A stretch of DNA of 64,000 nt from a virus, in the IMG/VR virus record IMGVR_UViG_3300025655_000002, positions 5,508-69,507 of that record. One strand, written 5' to 3'. Shown here piece by piece: positions 50,685 through 59,310 of this stretch (positions within the stretch are counted from its first letter, which is position 1; each line of letters begins with the position of its first letter). The position numbers and the translations under genes were made by a program. The notes under the pieces were generated by a model. The model did not search any database. It saw nothing but the letters and a program-made list of their open reading frames with translations, and was not told the DNA's origin.

Positions 50685-51200
50685 AGTTAGGAGCACGCCA
50701 AAGGGCAATGCAATGAAGCAACCCAAAAGAGTAAGCCCAACTATGCTGAAAAACGCACCGCCTCAAGCCTTGTATGAAATTGTGGGAGCAAGTGGAAGGG
50801 TAGTAAGTGTAAAGTAGTTGACAAGCTGAACTTGTGTAACCGTTAAAGGCGGTTTTAAAAATGCGATAAATATATAATTACGAAGGGATTGACCAACATT
50901 GAAGCCTTGTGGGTAAATTTAAGACCCCCACCTAGCGCAATGAAATAGCTAGACTCAATACGATGGTAAAGAGGTCTGTAAACTATGTAACAACCGCCAG
51001 TATAGTACTGGTCGAGTAGAGCAGATGAGCAATGATGGTCGAAAGTCAAAATAGGTGTGTTTACAACTTCGCACCAGTTAAACACAAAAGTTAGAGCCTT
51101 ACTTGGTAGTAAGGGGTTTGAAAGGCTTTATACCGAAACTACCGTTGCCTCTTGATAGAAGAACTATTTTATAGGAGTAATACCTACAAGAGGAGCTAAT
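50685..51200 (+). ncRNA. Candidate large structured RNA (~500 nt)
   Basis: No credible + strand ORF; raised GC; many hairpins. Confidence 0.4.
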
Positions 51201-51350
51201 CATAAAAAAGAATAAGTTATGAGTACTAAAATATTAAGAATAGAAGGTAGTTATGAGATAATTGGCTTCTTTAGAAATGGAGTAAAACTACGTGAACGTA
51301 GAAGAAGAATATTAAATTAATACAATACCGAATCGTAAAATATATTTGTT

Positions 51351-51983
51351 ATGAGAAAACAATATAAATACCCGTTCAGAAATAAAAAACTGAGCAGAAC
51401 GCAAGTAAAAAACAATATACTTGCAGTGCTAAAAGAGGCTGACAATGAGAGTTATATTAATGGCTCGATATGGTACGATGTAGCCAATGGAATAGCCAAA
51501 AAGTTAATCGTAGCCTCTGAAACTGAAATAAACTTGGCTCAAGCTGTAGGGTTAATAGCTGCTTTGAGTCCTTTAAAAAGTTGGGAACAAAATATACAAT
51601 TGGCTTATGAATTTGTTATTGGTAAAAGAAGTGGGCACACTAAACTTTGTGTTGGTAAAGCAAATGATATACTAGCTTTAAATAACCCAAGTGTTGATGA
51701 GGTGGTAGAAGTTTTGAGCGGGCAAAAAACAGTGAACTTTTTCTTAAACATATACTATCCTAATGAAGATGCAGCAATAACAATAGATAGACACGCAGTA
51801 GGAATAGCTTTGATAGGTACTAAGAAAATAAAACTAACTGAAGAGGAGTGTAAACCTACTAAGGCACAGTTTGAGTTCTTGGTGCACTGTTACAAATGGG
51901 CTGCTTCTGAGTTAAGTTTGTCTGCAGTACAGTTACAAGCTATTACTTGGGAGCACTTTAGAAATATAAAAGTAAAAAGATAA
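51351..51983 (+). CDS. Conserved phage protein, DUF7178-like (HhH/glycosylase-like)
   Basis: G..WY..A, AALSP..SW..N, G.K..NF..NI, TIDRHA and QA.TW motifs. Confidence 0.6.
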   Translation: MRKQYKYPFRNKKLSRTQVKNNILAVLKEADNESYINGSIWYDVANGIAKKLIVASETEINLAQAVGLIAALSPLKSWEQNIQLAYEFVIGKRSGHTKLCVGKANDILALNNPSVDEVVEVLSGQKTVNFFLNIYYPNEDAAITIDRHAVGIALIGTKKIKLTEEECKPTKAQFEFLVHCYKWAASELSLSAVQLQAITWEHFRNIKVKR

Positions 51984-52020
51984 TACAATACCGAACCGTA
52001 AAATTTAAACACTAGAAATT

Positions 52021-52245
52021 ATGAGTAGATTTAAAATAAAAACAACATCAAGTGGTAGATGTGATGTAACACTAACGATATTTAATGAACATGGCACTGT
52101 CATTGGGCAAAAGGCATCTACATACGATATTAAACCGACTATTAAAGAATTATTAGACTATGCTAAAACATACAAAAAGGATGGTGCTAAAACAGTTAGA
52201 ATAACAACCACACCAAGCTTCAGTGTAAAAACATATAGATTATAA
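52021..52245 (+). CDS. Hypothetical early protein
   Basis: ORF preceded by the leader repeat. Confidence 0.6.
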   Translation: MSRFKIKTTSSGRCDVTLTIFNEHGTVIGQKASTYDIKPTIKELLDYAKTYKKDGAKTVRITTTPSFSVKTYRL

Positions 52246-52250
52246 TTGTA

Positions 52251-52369
52251 TATAACGTTGCTGTATATGACACGTAGCATCACAGACCTTTGAGATACGA
52301 AATAAATTAATAATTAAACACATAGTTTTAAAATAGCCTAACAGCTATGTGTTATATACTTTGTTAGGC
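52251..52369 (+). repeat. attC-like hairpin element
   Basis: TATAAC-N6-gtatatgacacgtagc...gctatgtgttatatac-N3-GTTAGGC. Confidence 0.65.
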
Positions 52370-52563
52370 ACAGTTAATTATGAAAAGATTTAATTTGAAA
52401 TACAACGTAGGAAAAGTAAAGTATTTAGTTTCTTACCATGACGGAGAAAAGAAACATAAAGACGGAAGCGACTTCTTTGATATTGCCTGCTTCAAGAATA
52501 AAGTAAAACTAAATGCTTTCACGAATGAATTACTAAAACAAGGGTACTCTAATTGTGCCTAAC
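52363..52563 (+). mobile_element. Cassette-like unit carrying ORF 52380-52562
   Basis: gttaggcacagtt / aattgtgcctaac inverted ends (12/13); ORF stop lies inside GCCTAAC. Confidence 0.65.
52380..52562 (+). CDS. Small conserved phage protein
   Basis: NVGKVKY.VSYHDG.K.HKDGS.FFDI..FKNK. Confidence 0.65.
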   Translation: MKRFNLKYNVGKVKYLVSYHDGEKKHKDGSDFFDIACFKNKVKLNAFTNELLKQGYSNCA

Positions 52564-52604
52564 AGTCGTATAAATACAATTCAACAAACTAAACCTCAGA
52601 AATT

Positions 52605-52790
52605 ATGAAGACTTATAAATACCCATTCAGAAATAAAAAACTGAGTAGAACGCAAGTAAAAAACAATATACTTGCAGTACTAAAAGAGGCTGATAATGAT
52701 AGCTTTATTTTTGGGCAACAATGGTACACAGAAGCTAATAATATAGCTAAAAAGTTGAAAGTTAATACAATACCGAATAGTCAAATTTAA
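52605..52790 (+). pseudogene. Truncated duplicate of the 5' end of ORF 51351-51983
   Basis: About 50 codons largely identical, then runs into the CAATACCGAA repeat and stops. Confidence 0.7.
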
Positions 52791-52801
52791 AACTAAAAAT
52801 C

Positions 52802-53101
52802 ATGGAAAACTTAAAGGTAAAACAATTTTCATTTCCATTTAGAGTGGCAATGGTTAGTAGTAATACCAATTCATTTGGATTATATCAAATGATTGTAATG
52901 AGTAAAAAAGGAGAGGCTTATAAAACACACGCCTCTATGTATAATGTTAAGAAAGTAGGTGAAGATATTAATTTAATAGTCACAACTAAACAAAATGAAA
53001 AAGGTAATGATGTAGTTACTAGTTCTTACTTTAGAGGTTGTGAAATGACTGTTAAATTACCAAAAGTACCTAAAGAAGTACTTAATGAAGTGTTTCAATA
53101 A
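52802..53101 (+). CDS. Hypothetical early protein
   Basis: ORF flanked by leader repeats. Confidence 0.6.
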   Translation: MENLKVKQFSFPFRVAMVSSNTNSFGLYQMIVMSKKGEAYKTHASMYNVKKVGEDINLIVTTKQNEKGNDVVTSSYFRGCEMTVKLPKVPKEVLNEVFQ

Positions 53102-53131
53102 CACAATACCGAACTGTTAAAAATAAACATC

Positions 53132-53323
53132 ATGAAGAATTTAAGCGAAAGCACAGACTTTGTATTGTTCGATAGAGCAAACAATAGTATAGTTAAGTTT
53201 GAGGAAGATAGTAGTATAATTTTTTACGGCAACGAAGAAGAAGCTATTGAAGATTGTTTTGGCAATGAGGAAGTAGTTAAAGTTTCAGAATTATACAAAA
53301 CCAATAAAGAACTTTTTGATTGA
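53132..53323 (+). CDS. Hypothetical early protein
   Basis: ORF flanked by leader repeats. Confidence 0.6.
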   Translation: MKNLSESTDFVLFDRANNSIVKFEEDSSIIFYGNEEEAIEDCFGNEEVVKVSELYKTNKELFD

Positions 53324-53363
53324 ACTATAATTAACACAATACCGAACTGTTAAATTTAAACCA

Positions 53364-53582
53364 ATGAAAACATTAGAAGAAAGAGTAGCTATAGCTGTAA
53401 AGTTTATAAAACTGTATAAGAAAAACATACGTTTTATTAAAAGTAGAATTGAAATACAGAATAAAGAAGGGTATAATCCTTACTATTATGGCAGCTTAAA
53501 AGAAAGGCAGTACAATCAATTTGATATTGATTTACAGTTAACCAAGCTAAATAATGTTAAACAAAAACTTGAAGAGTTATGA
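53364..53582 (+). CDS. Hypothetical early protein
   Basis: ORF preceded by leader repeat. Confidence 0.6.
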   Translation: MKTLEERVAIAVKFIKLYKKNIRFIKSRIEIQNKEGYNPYYYGSLKERQYNQFDIDLQLTKLNNVKQKLEEL

Positions 53583-53739
53583 ATTTTCTATTTGAATTAA
53601 ACAGAATATTATTAGCAGAAGAATTGTTTTATTATTCTTTCATTGAGCATAATGACATTAATAGTGACTATTCGGCATTGGCTGATACTGAAACAACATA
53701 TTTATTAACTAATTATAAATTCTCTAAAAACTAGAAATT

Positions 53740-53916
53740 ATGAACAAAGAATTAATAGCAAGAGCAATCCTACGTGGAGATGAGACTTACACTGAAAATA
53801 AAATCACTATCACGCTTCCTAAAGGTCAAAGCGCTGGTACTGAAACTCAGAAATTATTCTATGCTAGAAAAAAAGCAGACGAAATAGTTAAAGGTGCTGA
53901 GTTTTTACAAGGTTAA
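53740..53916 (+). CDS. Small hypothetical protein (58 aa, not in ORF track)
   Basis: aaaactagaaattATG leader as in neighbouring genes; open to TAA 53914-53916. Confidence 0.5.
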   Translation: MNKELIARAILRGDETYTENKITITLPKGQSAGTETQKLFYARKKADEIVKGAEFLQG

Positions 53917-54115
53917 CTGATGAGATTTTAATAATCAAAACTAGAAATGACACAAAACCACCTACCATTAAATTACTAGGTACGGTGTGGTATGTCAAAT
54001 GGGATGAATGGGGTTTAAGACCTGTAAAAAGTCCTAGCAAATTTAAGTCGCTGTCGGAATTGTCTGACAGCGATTATCAAAAAGTATTAGAAACAATTTA
54101 AAATAGGAGGTACAA

Positions 54116-54700
54116 ATGAACAAATCAAAAATCGTTGGTGCAGAAAGAACATTAAACTTTTTGTACTATTTATACAACCATACAGGTATGACAAAAGCTA
54201 TTCAAGAATGCTTTGCAGACCTTGGTGAAAATATGGTAAACCATTTTTTAAACAAGTTAGATGGAATGATAGGGGATGATTTTGTGTGCAGACCACAACA
54301 TATATTGTCTTGGTTCTTTGAACTTAGCACAAGTTATCAATATCAATTCCTAGAGTGGGTTAATGATAATTACGACAACCGTGGAGTAACAAGGCAACAC
54401 ACGTTTGACTTGCCCGATTGTTCTTGGGGTAGAACTCATAAATATGTAACAGAAGATTTTCATTATGAGATTGCAAGCAGCAAAGACTACTCAAATGGTC
54501 GGCACGTAATACCATCAGAGATTAATCAATCATTAACCTCTTGTATCAAGTATGCACAGGAGTTGAGAGATAAAAATGATGGGCGAGATGCTTATTGGAA
54601 TAATCAAGATGAGATTATCACAAAAGTTACAACCACTAAAGAGGTTGTTCATATAGTAAGAAGTGAAGATAAAATATCAACTAAAAAAGAGGAGGTTTAA
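54116..54700 (+). CDS. Hypothetical protein
   Basis: ORF with AGGAGG upstream. Confidence 0.6.
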   Translation: MNKSKIVGAERTLNFLYYLYNHTGMTKAIQECFADLGENMVNHFLNKLDGMIGDDFVCRPQHILSWFFELSTSYQYQFLEWVNDNYDNRGVTRQHTFDLPDCSWGRTHKYVTEDFHYEIASSKDYSNGRHVIPSEINQSLTSCIKYAQELRDKNDGRDAYWNNQDEIITKVTTTKEVVHIVRSEDKISTKKEEV

Positions 54701-54701
54701 A

Positions 54702-54851
54702 ATGGAATCTACAATTGTAAGCAAGGGAGACCTTATGAAGTTAGTGTATAGCGAAGAAGAATTAAGAAACATTGATTCGGCTATACCTGCTAATGTGTGG
54801 GATGAATACCCACCAATCAAACACGTAATGAACTACAACGAGATTAGTTGA
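54702..54851 (+). CDS. Small hypothetical protein (start revised to 54702)
   Basis: AGGAGG at 54690-54695, then ATG. Confidence 0.45.
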   Translation: MESTIVSKGDLMKLVYSEEELRNIDSAIPANVWDEYPPIKHVMNYNEIS

Positions 54852-55049
54852 CCTAGTTGGTCTAGTTATTATTAATCTAGCAACTAAAGCAGTTATCAAT
54901 TTTAGTGAATTATCATCACAAGTTAGAGACTTGATAATTCACAACTTTTATTAACAGGAGGTAGAAAGCCACCCCTTAGATGGGTGCGCCTCCTAGTCTT
55001 AATCAATAATTAATACAATACCGAATAGTCAAATTTAAAACTAGAAATT

Positions 55050-55241
55050 ATGGCAAAGAAAATTTTTGTACGGTTAGGAGTGTCAGACATTGTACTAACC
55101 AAAGAGGAAGCTGCAACAATTCCTGGTTATGTTAATGTCATTGACAACCAAGGAGAGTACGTAACAGATGTCGAAACTTATCTTGTCGGATATGAAGATG
55201 AAGACGGGAACGAGTGTGATGAAGACGGAAACCCTTTGTAA
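55050..55241 (+). CDS. Small acidic protein
   Basis: Leader repeat; DEDGNECDEDGN C-terminus. Confidence 0.6.
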   Translation: MAKKIFVRLGVSDIVLTKEEAATIPGYVNVIDNQGEYVTDVETYLVGYEDEDGNECDEDGNPL

Positions 55242-55274
55242 TTAACAAGTTATAAATAAAATAGGAGGCACAAA

Positions 55275-55628
55275 ATGAACACAACAGAAAACAATAAGCT
55301 AATCGCTGAATTTATGGGTATTGAATCATTTAAGGATAGTTTAGCCTCTTTAAATGATGGGAAAATCAATATAAGTAAGGATGTTTATGAACAAGCAAAA
55401 TACCACACCTCTTGGGATTGGTTAATGCCAGTTGTAGAGAAGATTGAAAGCATAATATTTGATGAGAATAATAGTTTCAATGTAACAATAGGCTCAACTA
55501 TTTACTGCGTGATACAAGATTCAAATGGAGAATGCTACGATATGACTTATGATGGAGAGAAAACTAAATTGCTAGTTGTTTACAAAGCAATAGTAGAATT
55601 TATTAAATGGTATAATGAAAATAAATAA
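55275..55628 (+). CDS. Conserved Bacteroidota-phage protein
   Basis: NNKLIAEFMG...YHTSWDWLMPVVEKIE...Y.A.VEFIKWYN. Confidence 0.65.
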   Translation: MNTTENNKLIAEFMGIESFKDSLASLNDGKINISKDVYEQAKYHTSWDWLMPVVEKIESIIFDENNSFNVTIGSTIYCVIQDSNGECYDMTYDGEKTKLLVVYKAIVEFIKWYNENK

Positions 55629-55821
55629 TACAATGCCGAACAGCCAGTTAGATTTATTCACTATCACGCCTGCTGAGGTTAAAGCTAAGTTTTACGCTGC
55701 CTCATATAAAAGGGCTGAAGAAAGAAAAAAGAAAGAAAGAGACTGCTCTTCTGACTTTATATCTATAAAGACTGGAGAATGTAGACCTTTTAAGAAAGAG
55801 GATTTTAAACTTAAAAAATAG
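55615..55821 (+). CDS. Hypothetical protein
   Basis: ORF. Confidence 0.45.
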   Translation: MKINNTMPNSQLDLFTITPAEVKAKFYAASYKRAEERKKKERDCSSDFISIKTGECRPFKKEDFKLKK

Positions 55822-55826
55822 AAGTT

Positions 55827-56033
55827 ATGAAAGCGTACACAATATTTTTAATTTACTGTATAGGTAGGGATATTTATTCTTACTGGGAGAGAACGCCTTA
55901 TGATACTGCTTATGAAGAGGCTGGTGAAATTTATAAGGTATTTAAAAAACATTATAATAAAAATGAGGATTTGTATTTGGAGATTGAGAATTTTATGGCT
56001 TGCTCAAGTCTTTATGATGAAGTATTAATCTAA
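55827..56033 (+). CDS. Hypothetical protein
   Basis: ORF. Confidence 0.5.
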   Translation: MKAYTIFLIYCIGRDIYSYWERTPYDTAYEEAGEIYKVFKKHYNKNEDLYLEIENFMACSSLYDEVLI

Positions 56034-56161
56034 AATCGGCATTGTATGATAAACTTAATAATGGCGTACCACTGGAGAAATAGTGGTATAAGAGGAACTT
56101 TCAACGAAGAACTCTATAAAAGAATATTAGAAGTAAAATTGTTTAACGAAAACAAGTAAAG

Positions 56162-56428
56162 ATGAAAACAGTAGAGATAACAATCGCAAACAAGAGAATA
56201 GTAAAAAAGACTGACAAGGGTATTGTGTTCTCTGTAGATGGATATAATGGAGGTATTTTCACTATCCCATTTATAGCAATAGAATCTCAAGAAGAAGGAG
56301 TTATTCCTGTTAATGATGTTAGTAGTTATGAAGCAGTAGTCTATGTAATACATAGATGGCTGTATGAAAAAATAAAAGGTAGTTTAGATAGAATGAGTAA
56401 GGCTCATTTTACAATGCCGAATCGTTAA
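56162..56428 (+). CDS. Hypothetical protein
   Basis: ORF ending in a repeat copy. Confidence 0.55.
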   Translation: MKTVEITIANKRIVKKTDKGIVFSVDGYNGGIFTIPFIAIESQEEGVIPVNDVSSYEAVVYVIHRWLYEKIKGSLDRMSKAHFTMPNR

Positions 56429-56468
56429 ATTTTTACCAGTTAAATAGTAATTTTAAAAACAAAATAAG

Positions 56469-56687
56469 ATGTTTGAATTAAATGAAAATCACAGAGAAGC
56501 ACTTTTAAATATTTTAGAAAGGTGTAATGAAAAAATCCAACAGTTAAATTACTCTATTAATAGTCATCATGTAAAAAATGATGATGATGAATCTTTTATT
56601 GATTGGAGAAATATGGATTTATTCTTAGAAATAGAAAAGAAAAAATTGATTGAAAAATCATTAATTGATAATAAAATAGACTTTTAA
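56469..56687 (+). CDS. Hypothetical protein
   Basis: ORF. Confidence 0.55.
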   Translation: MFELNENHREALLNILERCNEKIQQLNYSINSHHVKNDDDESFIDWRNMDLFLEIEKKKLIEKSLIDNKIDF

Positions 56688-56875
56688 AATAAATAGAATA
56701 TACCGCTATGAAAACGCATCAATTATTAAGTAGTTATACCTTTATTGGAAGTAGTCCTGTTTTGAGTGGTTTTATCCTTATAGGTTATTCGGGGGCTAGG
56801 GTTAGAAGTCATATTAGTTATATTTCAATGAATTAATACAATGCCGAATAGCGATAAAAAATTGGAGGATTAAAT

Positions 56876-57112
56876 ATGAAAAAGAAAGATATTTTTAGTA
56901 GTATATTTTTTATACTATTTGCCCCTACAACTGCTCTCTTGGTAGTTAAATCATTATTATCAATTATATATATGATAATTTGTTTTATAACATGGGAAGA
57001 TTCTAATGTTATGTATGAAAATCTTGAGTCATTTATGAGTATACATCCTATGACTATTAGATTATTGATATTAGTTACTGTGATATTAATAATATGGTGT
57101 ATTTGCAATTAA
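56876..57112 (+). CDS. Small membrane protein
   Basis: Two hydrophobic segments. Confidence 0.55.
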   Translation: MKKKDIFSSIFFILFAPTTALLVVKSLLSIIYMIICFITWEDSNVMYENLESFMSIHPMTIRLLILVTVILIIWCICN

Positions 57113-57124
57113 AAGAAAAAACAC

Positions 57125-57856
57125 ATGAAAAAGACAGTTAAAGTAGTTATGCTACCTACAAAAAAAGCAAGTTTATGTAAAGATAGTTCGGGAAAGTTAT
57201 TTTATTACCCTAAAGATAATTGGTTTTCAAAGGATTTTGAAACTGACCCTCAATACCTATACTTTGTATCTGATGAAAAGATTAAAGAAGGAGATTGGTA
57301 TTATTGTTCTTCCGCAAATTGCATATTTAAAAATGAAGGAGACAATAAATTAGCTTGGATTATTGATGAGAAAAAAGTAATAGCCACGTCAGATAAGTCT
57401 TTGAGTGAGAAAACTTGTGATAGATGTGATGGAAATGGTAGGTATATAGAAAAAGTACTTTCAACTAGACCTCAACGAATAATGAGTGGCTATACATATT
57501 GCTCTAAATGCTCTGAAAGAGGTGTCTTAAATAACCTACCACAAATCCCAGAATCATTCATTAAAGCTTATGTAGAAGCTAATGGAGAGATAGATGAGGT
57601 TATGGTGGAGTATGATAATCCAAGTCCTTGGACAGAAAAAGAAATTAAAGATTGGAATATTAAAGCTAAATTAGAACTCAAAACAACAGTATCCAATGAG
57701 GTTATTATTTCTTTACCTGAAGAGAAGATGTATAATAAAGATGAAATAACTGACATTGTATTCAATTCTATGAGCAATATTTTGGATGAGGTTAGTAAAG
57801 AGTATCATGGGGATTTATATGAATACGCTGTTAATTATGTAAAAGGAAACTTATGA
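57125..57856 (+). CDS. Conserved Bacteroidota-phage protein with inserted CxxCxGxG zinc finger
   Basis: VVMLPT...QYLY..SDE.IKEGDW...IATSD...LPQIPESFI; CDRCDGNG...CSKC insert. Confidence 0.65.
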   Translation: MKKTVKVVMLPTKKASLCKDSSGKLFYYPKDNWFSKDFETDPQYLYFVSDEKIKEGDWYYCSSANCIFKNEGDNKLAWIIDEKKVIATSDKSLSEKTCDRCDGNGRYIEKVLSTRPQRIMSGYTYCSKCSERGVLNNLPQIPESFIKAYVEANGEIDEVMVEYDNPSPWTEKEIKDWNIKAKLELKTTVSNEVIISLPEEKMYNKDEITDIVFNSMSNILDEVSKEYHGDLYEYAVNYVKGNL

Positions 57857-57892
57857 TACAATACCGAATCGTTGAATTTAAAACTTTAAGTT

Positions 57893-58210
57893 ATGAATAA
57901 ACAAGAAAATTTTGGAGAGTATATACTTCCTTTTAGGGTACATACTCCTAACTTGCTAAATGAGACAATATATAATGCGGTAAGACCTATTGATAGGGCA
58001 GCATTACATATACCGTTAAATTATTTTATGGGTTATTTGCGAGTTCTGACAAAAAGGTGTTCAGAATTAAATGACCCAGTATTAAATAAGATAATGATTG
58101 ATATGACCCTTTATGATGAATCTGATTTTTGTAGTAAAGATTATAACCAAGAAATGGTTGATGCTGTTAATAAAAATTACAAAGAATATATTAAAAACCT
58201 ACAGATATGA
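57893..58210 (+). CDS. Hypothetical protein
   Basis: ORF preceded by leader repeat. Confidence 0.6.
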   Translation: MNKQENFGEYILPFRVHTPNLLNETIYNAVRPIDRAALHIPLNYFMGYLRVLTKRCSELNDPVLNKIMIDMTLYDESDFCSKDYNQEMVDAVNKNYKEYIKNLQI

Positions 58211-58470
58211 ACTTAAAGAAAAAGATGCCAAATGGATTAACATCATGGATTGAGACACATCATGAGATAGTTAAAGAAATATCAAATAGACTAGTTGGGC
58301 TTGAGGACAACTTACCAACAAAGGTCATGTCTTTAAGAGGTACTGGTGGTATTTATGAGTTAGGAGAAGATTTAACTGATAAATTTGAAAAGCTAAACAT
58401 ATCTAGAGAATGGGATGGAGATTTTTTTGATGAGATAGAAAGATTCTGTATAAAAGAACTAGATAAATAA
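58207..58470 (+). CDS. Hypothetical protein
   Basis: PNG.TSW.ETHHE.V...G.GG.YEL...LTD.FE motif. Confidence 0.6.
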   Translation: MNLKKKMPNGLTSWIETHHEIVKEISNRLVGLEDNLPTKVMSLRGTGGIYELGEDLTDKFEKLNISREWDGDFFDEIERFCIKELDK

Positions 58471-58508
58471 AAATCGCTGTTCGGTATTGTCTAATTAAAA
58501 TATTATTG

Positions 58509-58628
58509 TATATTTGCCTCAGAGACAGTACTTACATCAATCAAGTACATAACGAACAAAAATAAAGCCGTTTCCTAGTTATCTTCTTTGTAAGTAACTG
58601 TCTCTCAAGGGGACGGCTATTTTTTTTT
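58509..58628 (+). promoter_or_regulatory. Promoter plus attenuator-like leader / small RNA with terminator
   Basis: TATATTTG at 58509; stem 58521-58536/58589-58605 interleaved with terminator 58566-58576/58608-58618 and T-tract. Confidence 0.55.
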
Positions 58629-58962
58629 ACATACAAGGCAAACGAATGAGTTCATATTTCCCCACTCACTATCATAAAAAGGGATGTAAAAATGTTTGTA
58701 ACGAGTAACAGTTAGTCGAAAATACATGCAATGCTTCAAGCCAGCAACATGTGACCTACAAGATTAATGAAGACTATGATAACAAAACGTCAGTTTGTTT
58801 ACTGTTCAACTGACTACCTGTAATAGGTTAGGGGGTTATCGCTGAAGCTCTGATTAAATTATAATATTGTTTTTATATTGTAATTTTTGAAATCCCTGTT
58901 TTGTAGGGGAATAAGGCGAGGTATATAAAATTAAAACAAATGTTAAGTTAGCTATACACATT

Positions 58963-59185
58963 GTTAGCAACTGGGCGATTTTAAAAACGAAAGATATGTT
59001 TAACGCAAACAAAAAAATACCATCAAGAGGGTATAAAGTACCAAGCGGATTTGGTTGGGATTATAGAGCAACTGCAATAGCTTATCTGGAAAGAGAAGGG
59101 TTGTTTACTATTGGACACGCAAACGGAAACTACTATACTCTAACTCAACTTAAAAATGCGAGGGTTGGGTAGCCTTGTTGCTAAC
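58963..59185 (+). mobile_element. Cassette-like unit carrying a 58-aa ORF
   Basis: gttagcaactgggc / gccttgttgctaac inverted ends (12/14). Confidence 0.6.
58996..59172 (+). CDS. Small hypothetical protein (58 aa, MFNANKKIP...; not in ORF track)
   Basis: ATG 58996 to TAG 59172; fills the cassette. Confidence 0.55.
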   Translation: MFNANKKIPSRGYKVPSGFGWDYRATAIAYLEREGLFTIGHANGNYYTLTQLKNARVG

Positions 59186-59310
59186 GTTTTGAATAAACAC
59201 AGTAAAATATTATGAAAACAGAACTTAACAAAATAGCAAAAGACCTTGAACAAGGCACGATAACCGACCAAGAAGCACGAACACTTTTATTGGGTTTATT
59301 GGGTGTTAGC
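59180..59310 (+). repeat. attC-like hairpin element containing ATG and constant N-terminus (copy 2)
   Basis: GCTAAC-N6-aataaacacagtaaaa...ttttattgggtttatt-gggt-GTTAGC. Confidence 0.7.

Larger units (their letters stand above)
50632..57892 (+). repeat. Dispersed gene-leader repeat TAAYACAATRCCGAA-N5-AAATTTAAA, about 11 copies
   Basis: Core at 50635, 51323, 51986, 52768, 53104, 53337, 55016, 55631, 56412, 56839 and 57859; mostly 27-37 nt before an ATG. Confidence 0.85.

Noticed and set aside
50001-51085. ORFs 50001-50210 (+) and 50855-51085 (-)
   Set aside because: Non-ATG starts, atypical composition, located in the control/structured region; probably non-coding
49560-51350. tRNA genes in the large intergenic region
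   Set aside because: No cloverleaf with a GTTCRA T-loop and D-loop found by eye; tRNAscan-SE/ARAGORN would settle it
50632-57892. CRISPR array formed by the repeated TACAATACCGAA units
   Set aside because: Spacing is irregular (about 230-1700 bp), intervals contain whole ORFs, the repeat is short and non-palindromic, and no cas genes are present
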